Shown here one piece after another: positions 9,468 to 17,395 of a stretch of 32,000 nucleotides of DNA. The DNA comes from Cuniculiplasma divulgatum (lineage in GTDB: Archaea; Thermoplasmatota; Thermoplasmata; Thermoplasmatales; Thermoplasmataceae): positions 1,080,001 through 1,112,000 of the forward strand of contig NZ_LT671858.1 in assembly GCF_900083515.1 (NCBI RefSeq), given 5' to 3'. The first letter of the stretch is position 1, and every line of letters begins with the position of its first letter. The notes under the pieces are model-generated. The model did no database searches. It had not been told where the DNA came from and saw nothing but the letters and a program-made list of their open reading frames with translations. Both the position numbers and the translations under genes were made by a program.

Positions 9468-10457
9468 TTATAAATGCCATACTACACCCTGACTTCCCCC
9501 GAAGTTTGTCGAGAACGAAGCCAGAATGCCGATACCCGTAGCAAGCATATAATTTACACTGAATGCAGTTAAGAGAAATATCATTGCAAAATATATTGCA
9601 GATCCAAGACTGCTCATCATATTATATCTTGCGTACTTTCTCAGTACTGAGCCACTACTCCTTCTTCTGCGATATGTCCAGTAATTGTTTAGTATGAAGT
9701 TGCTGACAATCGATGCTTCTAGAGCCAGTATGGCTCCCATATATAGTGGATCATGAAAACCACCTACTATTAACTTCATCATCAACAGGTTAAGAATTGC
9801 CCCTGAGATTCCAACAACAAGAAATTTAACCATCAGGTAGTCTGAAAGATTGAGTAATAATTTAAGGTATCTTATAAATTCCTTGATTCCAAACTTACTC
9901 TTTCCTGCAGCCCTTTTATTGAATCTGTATGGAACCTCAACAACATTCCTGGTGCCAGATGCAACCAGCACTTCTAGAAGAACCTTGTATCCGTTTGACT
10001 TGATCTGTTCTGGTTCTATAATGTCCCTTTTGAACCCAAAAAATCCTGACATTGGATCTTTTATTCCTTCTGTTTCCTGTAAGTTTATGTGAGCTAAAAG
10101 TGTAGCTACTTTAGATATCATTCCCCTTGAGAAGCTAAAATCGCTTTTTCCTCCCCTAATATATCTTGATGCAATTGCAACATCCTTTCCCTTCTTTAAC
10201 TCTCTTAAAATTCTGGGAACTACCTCTGGAGGATGCTGTAAATCACTATCCATTACAACTACGTATTTACTGCTGGATGCCAGCATTCCATCCCTAATGG
10301 CTGTGGCAATACCCAGCTTACCTTCTCTTTTGACCAATACAATATTCGTGTATTTCGCAGCAAGCTTTTCTACAACATTTGACGTACCGTCAGGGCTGTT
10401 GTCATCCACAACTACTATTTGATGATCAATATTCATATCTTCCAAACGGTGTATCAA
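9468..10457 (-). CDS. Dolichol/polyprenol-phosphate mannosyltransferase-like GT2 with C-terminal GtrA-type 4-TM domain; N-terminus probably extends upstream (see findings)
   Basis: IVVVDDNSPDGT, VVVMDSDLQHPPE, IASRYIRGGK and DPMSGFFGFKR are DPM1/Dol-P-Man-synthase-like blocks. The C-terminal FLVVGISGAILNLLMMKLIV... resembles GtrA. The track start is a TTG at 10457, but the GT2 PxYNE block (SIIIPTYNE) is encoded in frame upstream of it. Confidence 0.85.
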   Translation of the reverse strand: MIHRLEDMNIDHQIVVVDDNSPDGTSNVVEKLAAKYTNIVLVKREGKLGIATAIRDGMLASSSKYVVVMDSDLQHPPEVVPRILRELKKGKDVAIASRYIRGGKSDFSFSRGMISKVATLLAHINLQETEGIKDPMSGFFGFKRDIIEPEQIKSNGYKVLLEVLVASGTRNVVEVPYRFNKRAAGKSKFGIKEFIRYLKLLLNLSDYLMVKFLVVGISGAILNLLMMKLIVGGFHDPLYMGAILALEASIVSNFILNNYWTYRRRRSSGSVLRKYARYNMMSSLGSAIYFAMIFLLTAFSVNYMLATGIGILASFSTNFGGSQGVVWHL

Positions 10458-10520
10458 TATAGGTATGTTGCGCGATTCGTTATATGTCGGAATTATGATA
10501 GATAGTTCAGGAATAAAGCT

Positions 10521-10526
10521 CCCCCC
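10521..10526. repeat. C6 (G6 on the coding strand) homopolymer between an out-of-frame ATG (10539) and the GT2 reading frame
   Basis: Read directly: ...gct cccccc atat... . Loss of one base would fuse ATG-TTG-ACT-ATA-TGG-GG to the SFIPELSIIIPTYNE frame. Confidence 0.9.
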
Positions 10527-10609
10527 ATATAGTCAACATAATATCTTTTAGGATATTAAATTTTTTCTATGTCAATATTTAAAAATATATTGCTAGTTTA
10601 AAAGAGTAT

Positions 10610-10625
10610 TTATGCATCTGCATAA
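10610..10625. repeat. Perfect 7+7 palindrome TTATGCA-tc-TGCATAA in the intergenic region upstream of the Dol-P-Man synthase gene
   Basis: Read directly. The arms are 10610-10616 and 10619-10625 with a 2-nt spacer, which is too short for a hairpin loop. That favours a dimeric protein-binding site. Confidence 0.6.
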
Positions 10626-10714
10626 GAATCTTTATCAACATTTATTAGATTAGCTGCCTCGTGTCTGACTGATTTCCACTCTAATTTGTTTTTAAAACGA
10701 TTAAAGTAATTCTC

Positions 10715-12304
10715 CTAAACATTTATATTCTTTCCTATATCTATATGGTACCAGGTTTCAAGATTTGAGTTGTAAGCTATGATTACATAGCTGTTGTGCT
10801 CTTCAAGAAAATATGATGTGTCATTGGTGTGTATATGAAACGATGTATACAATTTTCCTGAAGCGGGTTTAAACTCAGTAGAATTCCAGAAAAAACCATT
10901 TGGATTGTTCAAAAAACCATCTTCAAGTATTCTGAATCTTAATGAAAGATTTTTAATCTCGCTTGAATATGTAACATTAACATAGAGACAATTAACACTT
11001 CCAGTACTATTCATACCTTCTGGTGTTACGGATTCTATTTTTATTTTTTGCTTATATGAACTGTCATTCTCCAGAAATACAAAGGTTGGGAGCAATATGA
11101 TCAGTACCAACATCACCGGCACCATTATCCGGTAAATTTTCTTTATTTTATTGCTGTTTAGATGTATTGCCTGGTAAAATTTCTGAATAAACTGAAATGA
11201 AAAATCTTTCCTTTGCTCTATGGTATTTCCCTTTCTAATTATATATGGCAATGTTGAAAGAGTCAGTATTGGCCAGTACATTAAATAATTCTCCAGAAGT
11301 CTGAAATTGAATATCAGAACTATAATAGGGAGGGCTGTTAAAGAATATTTTAAGGTGTCAAATTTATATGCATAAATCAATACAAAGAAGAGCCACACGG
11401 ATATCATTAGAGTGGTAAAGAACTCCCTGTCTGCAAATGGTATATATCCAGATATATAAAATTGAGATAAACCAAATCCTATACCAATTATTGGGGCATT
11501 TTCAGGTGCAAGGATCGAAGTGAAGAATGTTGTGGGACCCCTCATGATAAACGGTAAATTTAATAAAATAAAAGAAACGGCTGCCATTAAAGTAAATTCT
11601 AATAATTTCCTACTCCCGTATCTTTTGTATATAAATATTAGAAGAAATGGGAGGATAAATATGGGTAGCTGTTTGGATGCAAGAGAAAGACCAAAAAGAA
11701 TACCAGGAATATAACGTTTTTGAAGTAGCATCAGAGAAGAAGCAAGAAAAGTAATCCAAATTATATCGGTTATCCCATTCAATGAGAAAAATATCAAATT
11801 TATATTGAAAAGTGAAACAGCAATAGCCAATGGAGCCATAAAAGCTAGGTCTCTTTCTATAAATTCCAGGGCAATAAGACTTAGGAGCAATAAAGTAAAG
11901 AAGAAGAGGACTACTTCAGGATTTACGTGAAGAAGTATGAATGGTATAAGAATTAAAAATGATAAATCAGGATATTGAAGATTTGTGACGTACCCTCCGG
12001 AAAGCTTTGGAGTGAGGCTTGAAAGTGGAACACCATAGGATTCCATACTTTTCAACGCGTACTGAAAGCCATAAGGATTTAAACCAGATAGAAATCTCTT
12101 TGCCGATAGTACCTCAATGGCGAATTCGTCTGTATATGTTTGTTTCATTGACATGCCTATTAAAAAGATTACTGAACCAACGCTAATTATTGCAATTATG
12201 ATTACTAGCCTAAGAAATCGTTTGGTTATTTCCCTTCTTTTACCCGATAGCGTAGAAAGTACTATAAAGAGAAACCCGAAGATAGCGAGAAGAAATTCAA
12301 TCAT
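10715..12304 (-). CDS. Polytopic GT-C-like membrane glycosyltransferase (GT87/DUF2029, PimE-like) with C-terminal ectodomain; N-terminus probably extends upstream (see findings)
   Basis: 529-aa ORF. Motifs are shared with 7134-9410: TDEFAIEVLSAKRFLSGLNPY, TDIIWITF, LSLASKQLPIFILPFLLIF. After a late TM helix comes a ~120-aa sequon-rich domain (VNVTYSSEIKNLSLRFRIL...NGFFWNST). Confidence 0.6.
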   Translation of the reverse strand: MIEFLLAIFGFLFIVLSTLSGKRREITKRFLRLVIIIAIISVGSVIFLIGMSMKQTYTDEFAIEVLSAKRFLSGLNPYGFQYALKSMESYGVPLSSLTPKLSGGYVTNLQYPDLSFLILIPFILLHVNPEVVLFFFTLLLLSLIALEFIERDLAFMAPLAIAVSLFNINLIFFSLNGITDIIWITFLASSLMLLQKRYIPGILFGLSLASKQLPIFILPFLLIFIYKRYGSRKLLEFTLMAAVSFILLNLPFIMRGPTTFFTSILAPENAPIIGIGFGLSQFYISGYIPFADREFFTTLMISVWLFFVLIYAYKFDTLKYSLTALPIIVLIFNFRLLENYLMYWPILTLSTLPYIIRKGNTIEQRKDFSFQFIQKFYQAIHLNSNKIKKIYRIMVPVMLVLIILLPTFVFLENDSSYKQKIKIESVTPEGMNSTGSVNCLYVNVTYSSEIKNLSLRFRILEDGFLNNPNGFFWNSTEFKPASGKLYTSFHIHTNDTSYFLEEHNSYVIIAYNSNLETWYHIDIGKNINV

Positions 12305-12441
12305 TATGTAGAATGGGCCTGAATAACCAACATAACCATATATGCTATATGGAAGATAAATCAGGAGAATACCAAGAGCAAGGAATCCAATCCTCTGGAT
12401 TATAAGATCAAAGTTCTCAAGATTCTCCCTTTCTATTTAAA

Positions 12442-14277
12442 TCACCTGCTATTAGCGCTGTACTGCTTCAATTTAAGTTCCTGCTTAATAACTGTAATTG
12501 AATCGAGACTTAAATAAATTTTTATATTACGGAAGTATGAATTCGATCTTATTTTTATGAAATCGTTCCCTTTCCCTATGACAGATATCTCCTTATTCAG
12601 CGATAATAATGAAAGATTGTTCTTTCCGGATAACCCCTTTAGAGTTAGATTATAGCAACCGGGAGCAATGAGACCTACATTATAATAGCTTATTCCCTTA
12701 TCTTTCTGGATTACTGATGATGAATTCTCATTCAAATAACCGTATATTACTGGTGATAAAACTGAATTAAGCTGATAAAGGGCGACTCCCTTATAGAAAT
12801 AAGTGAGTTTATAATTAAAATTATTTAGCAGGTAATTTATTTTAATTATGGGAGAATTATTAACATGAATCCCTGTTGCAACAGGCGATGTGAAAAAATA
12901 ACTGTAAGGATCTGTTATGATATAATCTGGAATAGTTGTATTGAAATTAGAATTTAAACAGACTGGCATATATCCCTGTTCCAACTCAGGTAAGTTTCCT
13001 GCTATTAATACTGAAGAACCATGTGGAATATTGTTGATGAATGACATTAGATAGCCATCAGCCTTTGTTGGAATTATCTTTTCATATGTGCTATAAAGGA
13101 TGGTTGAAGACCCCACGACGTATTCTTCCTGAGGATGATCATTCTGCTGTGCTGGAATTAAATTTCCTATAGGCGTAAAGAGATAGAAAAGAATTATGTT
13201 TAAAATTAGTATAATCACAAGCAATTTTCTAATATTGAACCTCTTTCCTGATATTTTAATGAATCTTCTCAACCCAAATATAAATGCAATGAACAGTGTG
13301 GATACATAAAGACTTGGATACTGGAAAAACATCTGAGATTCATAAGGTAGGTATGAATTTGTAAAGAGGAGTAAGCCATAGGGTAAGAGTAAAATCAAAA
13401 ATTCAATTCCAAGAAGAGGTATAAAGAGAAATGGTAACATGATTCTGACAAAAAATTCAGCCTTAAACCATACATTACCATAAATCCCAGGGTTAAGATT
13501 TATGCCAATATAGTGGGAGGGGTAAAATTTTAGGTAATATATGCTTGGGAGAATAAATATTATTATCGCAAATATTGCCTCTGATAATTCATACTTCATA
13601 ATATTGAATTTACCAGATGATATCCATCTCTGCATAACCATGATAGCAAGGAACAGGAATACAATCACTGGAGACATTAGGTCTGTGATAGAAGCCAGAG
13701 AGAGGAAAATCAACCACTTTGATGTATCTCTTCTAATATAATAATATACTCCTAGCAGGAAGAATGTTGGAAAGAATGCCATATAATGGAAATCAAACCA
13801 GAATACACCTGATAGTGGATAATAGAGATAAAATATTAAACTGATCAAAAGGGCAAATTTTTTTGACTTTAACACTTCGCTGGCGATCAAATAAACTACA
13901 ACTCCAGAAAATGATAGAAAAAAATCCTGTAGAAAAAGGAGAAAATATTCTTTTGGAAATAGAGCATAAATAAATCCAATAGGGATATATATTAGCTTAT
14001 TTGTGGCTACTCCACCACTCATTACCTGTCCAAGAAAGGTCTGCCCGTAAATTACGTTATATGCAAGGGATGCATTAACTCCCAGATCATAAACATTCTC
14101 TGAAAATGATAAATATCTCAAATATGAAATTGATGAGTAAATTACTGAAAAAGAAATAAAAAGAAATAAAACCCATCTAATTTTCCATATTTCCGTGTAG
14201 ATCTTTCCAATGCTAAAGTTTCTTTTGGATTTCTGATTTTTAGGGATATCCTCTTTATCACCTTCATTATACATCAA
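12442..14277 (-). CDS. Large polytopic membrane protein, DUF2079-like (putative GT-C-type glycosyltransferase) with C-terminal extracellular domain
   Basis: 611-aa ORF with about 12 hydrophobic helices. The first loop after TM1 reads LRYLSFSENVYDLGVNASLAYNVIYGQ, resembling my recollection of the DUF2079 FDLG-type loop. The C-terminal ~230 aa are non-hydrophobic and Asn/Tyr-rich. The track start is TTG 14277; ATG 14274 is more likely. Confidence 0.5.
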   Translation of the reverse strand: MMYNEGDKEDIPKNQKSKRNFSIGKIYTEIWKIRWVLFLFISFSVIYSSISYLRYLSFSENVYDLGVNASLAYNVIYGQTFLGQVMSGGVATNKLIYIPIGFIYALFPKEYFLLFLQDFFLSFSGVVVYLIASEVLKSKKFALLISLIFYLYYPLSGVFWFDFHYMAFFPTFFLLGVYYYIRRDTSKWLIFLSLASITDLMSPVIVFLFLAIMVMQRWISSGKFNIMKYELSEAIFAIIIFILPSIYYLKFYPSHYIGINLNPGIYGNVWFKAEFFVRIMLPFLFIPLLGIEFLILLLPYGLLLFTNSYLPYESQMFFQYPSLYVSTLFIAFIFGLRRFIKISGKRFNIRKLLVIILILNIILFYLFTPIGNLIPAQQNDHPQEEYVVGSSTILYSTYEKIIPTKADGYLMSFINNIPHGSSVLIAGNLPELEQGYMPVCLNSNFNTTIPDYIITDPYSYFFTSPVATGIHVNNSPIIKINYLLNNFNYKLTYFYKGVALYQLNSVLSPVIYGYLNENSSSVIQKDKGISYYNVGLIAPGCYNLTLKGLSGKNNLSLLSLNKEISVIGKGNDFIKIRSNSYFRNIKIYLSLDSITVIKQELKLKQYSANSR

Positions 14278-14332
14278 ATCTACTTCGTAACTGTGATCAA
14301 TTCAATGATTTAAAATTATGCAATATCGAAAA

Positions 14333-14342
14333 CATATATAAT
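14333..14342 (+). promoter_or_regulatory. TATA-box-like element (CATATATAAT) about 25 nt upstream of ATG 14362; leaderless GT operon promoter
   Basis: Motif and spacing were read directly in the 84-bp divergent intergenic region. Confidence 0.45.
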
Positions 14343-14361
14343 CAGAGGCAATGCTGAACCA

Positions 14362-15474
14362 ATGTCGATAGCCATCTTTCTGACAACTGACCTAAAAATG
14401 GGCGGAGGAGTGGAAAGATGGACTTTGAATACAGTAAAAGGAAGACCAAATGATCAAAAGATAATAATTATTTCGACAGATTATGCTGATAGAGCCAGAT
14501 TTTCAGTGGTCAATCAAATTTCACAAATTGACCATGAACAAAAACTTAATTTGATTGAAAATAAATTTAATTTTTTGAGAAGATCTAAAATGCTTTCTTT
14601 CCTCTTAGATAATGCAATTATACCAATTATGCTGACATTTTTTAAAAGATCATATTCCAAAAAATTAAATTTGTCGGGCGTTGAAATAGTATATTTAACA
14701 AAGAACCAGTACTGGAAACTGTTTAAAGGAAAGAAGATAGTTGGAAGTAATCATACAGAATTTGGCAATGATGGTTTTATCTCCAGACTAAAGGCAAAAC
14801 TGTACAGAAGTGGTATAATCTACAGGGATATCTCATATTTTCACGTATTTCCAGGCAGGGAAAAAATAGAGAAAATTATAGGAACGAAAGCCGAAGTTGC
14901 AGTCATTCCAAATGGCACTACATCCAGAAACTGTAATAAAAAAACAGGAGATTTAACCAGATTTCTCTTTGTTGGGAGACTTGAAACAATAAAGGGTATT
15001 CAAATTCTGCTTACTGCATGGACAAACATCAAAAGAGAAGATTGTTACCTTGATATTGTTGGTGCTGGAACACTGACGGAGGATAGCTATTTAGGATTAA
15101 AAAATGTAAATTTCCGGGGAATTGTAAGTGATGAGGAACTAAATAAAATATATTGCAAAAGCGATGTTTTTATTTACCCTACTCTCTGGGACTCATTTCC
15201 AAACACAATTATAGAAGCGATGTCAGCGGGCTGTAAGATAATAACCTCCAGATTTCTGAAAGGAGCCTTTGGTGGAAGCGGAAACGAATCGTTTCTGACT
15301 TTCGTAGAACCGAATACAAGTTGCATTATAGAAGAGATAAATAAGGCTGCAGACAACCTGGATGAAACCAGAAAGCAGGGAGAACTAACCTATGAATTCT
15401 TTAGAAAGAACTATGAATTAGCCATGGTCAATGAGAAATTTTTCAACTTTTTAAACAAAATAAGAAACGAATGA
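14362..15474 (+). CDS. GT4-family (GT-B fold) glycosyltransferase
   Basis: FLFVGRLETIKGIQILL and SDVFIYPTLWDSFPNTIIEAMSAGCKIITS form the typical GT4 C-terminal nucleotide-sugar domain with an E-x7-E block. Confidence 0.85.
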   Translation: MSIAIFLTTDLKMGGGVERWTLNTVKGRPNDQKIIIISTDYADRARFSVVNQISQIDHEQKLNLIENKFNFLRRSKMLSFLLDNAIIPIMLTFFKRSYSKKLNLSGVEIVYLTKNQYWKLFKGKKIVGSNHTEFGNDGFISRLKAKLYRSGIIYRDISYFHVFPGREKIEKIIGTKAEVAVIPNGTTSRNCNKKTGDLTRFLFVGRLETIKGIQILLTAWTNIKREDCYLDIVGAGTLTEDSYLGLKNVNFRGIVSDEELNKIYCKSDVFIYPTLWDSFPNTIIEAMSAGCKIITSRFLKGAFGGSGNESFLTFVEPNTSCIIEEINKAADNLDETRKQGELTYEFFRKNYELAMVNEKFFNFLNKIRNE

Positions 15475-16310
15475 CTGTTTTGGGAAAAATGAAGGCAACT
15501 AAAAGATTTTTACATATGAATAAATTAGCTTCTATGAATATACTTGTTACGGGAAGCAAAGGGTTCATAGGAACAGAGATCATGAAGTGCCTTCAGGAAA
15601 ATGGTTATAGTCCGGATGGCGTAGATATTGGAGATAGTGTAGATGAAAAAAAGAAATATGATATTATACTTCACTTTGGAGCCAGAACACTCATAAGGAA
15701 TTCATTTTCTAAACCATATGAGTATTTTGAAGATGGATTAGGTCTTACCATGAAATATCTTGAGCTTGCCAGAAAACATGATTCACTATTCCTCTTCCCT
15801 TCATCAGGATCAACTGCTGAACCTTCTAATCCCTATTCCCTAACCAAAAAACAGGCTGTAGAATGGATAAACCTTTACAGAAAACTGTATTCCACAAGAG
15901 TAATCATCTTCCGCCTTTTCAATATATATGGAACGACTGCAAGAAAGGGTGCAATATATCTTTTTACCAATGCAGCACTTAAAGAACAGACCGCAACAAT
16001 CTATGGAGATGGAAGCCATGTAAGGGATTACGTCAATGTGCTTGATTTAGCCAAAACAGTTCTTGAAGTTGTAAATGGAAATATAAACCCGGGAGATTAT
16101 GAAATTGGTTCTGGTGTGGGAACGAGTGTTAATGAAGTTATATCAATGGTAGAAAAGGTAACTGGAAAAAAGTTAAAAACAGAGAAAAAGCCGTTCATAG
16201 TTGATGAAGCAGACGAATTGATAGCCCATAATACAATTGTAAAGAACCCGATGAAACTTATTGACGGTATAAAGTTAATAAGGGACAGTCTTGTAACGGA
16301 AAACAAATGA
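15471..16310 (+). CDS. NAD-dependent sugar epimerase/dehydratase (short-chain dehydrogenase fold, UDP-glucose 4-epimerase-like)
   Basis: ILVTGSKGFIGTEI (GxxGxxG Rossmann motif) and PYSLTKKQ (YxxxK catalytic pair). ATGA overlaps the preceding gene. The functional start may be ATG 15534 (MNILVTG). Confidence 0.85.
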   Translation: MTVLGKMKATKRFLHMNKLASMNILVTGSKGFIGTEIMKCLQENGYSPDGVDIGDSVDEKKKYDIILHFGARTLIRNSFSKPYEYFEDGLGLTMKYLELARKHDSLFLFPSSGSTAEPSNPYSLTKKQAVEWINLYRKLYSTRVIIFRLFNIYGTTARKGAIYLFTNAALKEQTATIYGDGSHVRDYVNVLDLAKTVLEVVNGNINPGDYEIGSGVGTSVNEVISMVEKVTGKKLKTEKKPFIVDEADELIAHNTIVKNPMKLIDGIKLIRDSLVTENK

Positions 16311-17395
16311 ATATTGCACAAACCAGTCATCATTACTACCCACATTCCGGTGGAACTGAAACTGTAGTAAAGACTGTGGTAGATGCATTGGCTTTAAGGA
16401 ATAATACGGTTCATGTTTTTTCCGACTATGAAGACCTGAAGCAATTAAAGGATGAGAAAAACATATTATATCACGGTATTAGACTAAAAAGAGTGGGGAA
16501 GTTCAGGTTCCCGGCATCCGGATACTGGAAAGAAATTGAAGATTCTGATTGCGATATTCTTCATGTGCAGGGACAGAGGGTATGGAGCTCTGATTACCTT
16601 TATACTCACCTGAATAGAATCAAATCAAAGAAAGTTTTTACTGCTCATGGCTATTATCAGCTAATTTACGGCGGTATGATTAACAGGCTTTATTATGGCA
16701 GGTTTATGCCCTCATTTCTCAATAAATTTGATAAGATAATCTGTCTAACAGATGTGGAAAAGCGAATTTCTGAGAGAATGTTTCCTAAAATAACAAATAA
16801 AATAACTGTTCTTCCAAACCCTGTGGATTTCAAAAGGATGGATGAAATTTCATTAGACAGGGGTGTTCTGGAAAAATACAATCTGGTTGAAAAAAACTTT
16901 TTTATACATGCAGGTGGGCTTCAGAGGAATAAAAATATTGAATTTATACTGGAAGCAATGAAGGGGTTAAAAATTCCATTAGTTCTATGTGGAAACATAC
17001 CAGATACTAATTATTTTGAAGAAATTAAGTTAAAAGCCACTCAGATGAAAGTGGAGATAAGGGTACTGGGTTCCATAAATGAGGATGAACTATTTTCACT
17101 TATTAGAAAAGCGAGGTTTTACCTATCTGGATCTATCTTTGAAGGATTCGGCATATCCATGGTTCAAGCATCCTATCTTGGTACTATGGTAATCGCAAAC
17201 AACGCAGGCATTGCCACCGAACTACAGGAGATGGGGGGTCTAAAAATTGCAAATAGCCCAGAACAGATGCGAAAGATTATTGATAGTGAAATGAAGATAG
17301 AGGATCATGAACAATTGAAAGAATCTCTAAAAAAAAGATTTTCAAAGGATGAAATAATAGACAGACTGATAAAGCTCTACGGAGAGTTGATATGA
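16307..17395 (+). CDS. GT4-family (GT-B fold) glycosyltransferase
   Basis: FIHAGGLQRNKNIEFILEAM and YLSGSIFEGFGISMVQASYLGTMVIANN are GT4-type blocks. The second acidic residue of E-x7-E reads Q. ATGA overlaps occur at both ends. Confidence 0.8.
   Translation: MNIAQTSHHYYPHSGGTETVVKTVVDALALRNNTVHVFSDYEDLKQLKDEKNILYHGIRLKRVGKFRFPASGYWKEIEDSDCDILHVQGQRVWSSDYLYTHLNRIKSKKVFTAHGYYQLIYGGMINRLYYGRFMPSFLNKFDKIICLTDVEKRISERMFPKITNKITVLPNPVDFKRMDEISLDRGVLEKYNLVEKNFFIHAGGLQRNKNIEFILEAMKGLKIPLVLCGNIPDTNYFEEIKLKATQMKVEIRVLGSINEDELFSLIRKARFYLSGSIFEGFGISMVQASYLGTMVIANNAGIATELQEMGGLKIANSPEQMRKIIDSEMKIEDHEQLKESLKKRFSKDEIIDRLIKLYGELI

Noticed and set aside
10574-10587. AT palindrome ATATTTAAAAATAT as a specific regulatory site
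   Set aside because: It is composed only of A/T, so it is expected by chance in this sequence and is indistinguishable from a TATA-box-like promoter element.
7134-14277. Whether one of the three large polytopic membrane proteins is the AglB oligosaccharyltransferase
   Set aside because: None contains a WWDxG (WWDYG) motif or the DxD/DK-type STT3 blocks. The first-loop motifs look GT87/DUF2029-like and DUF2079-like instead.
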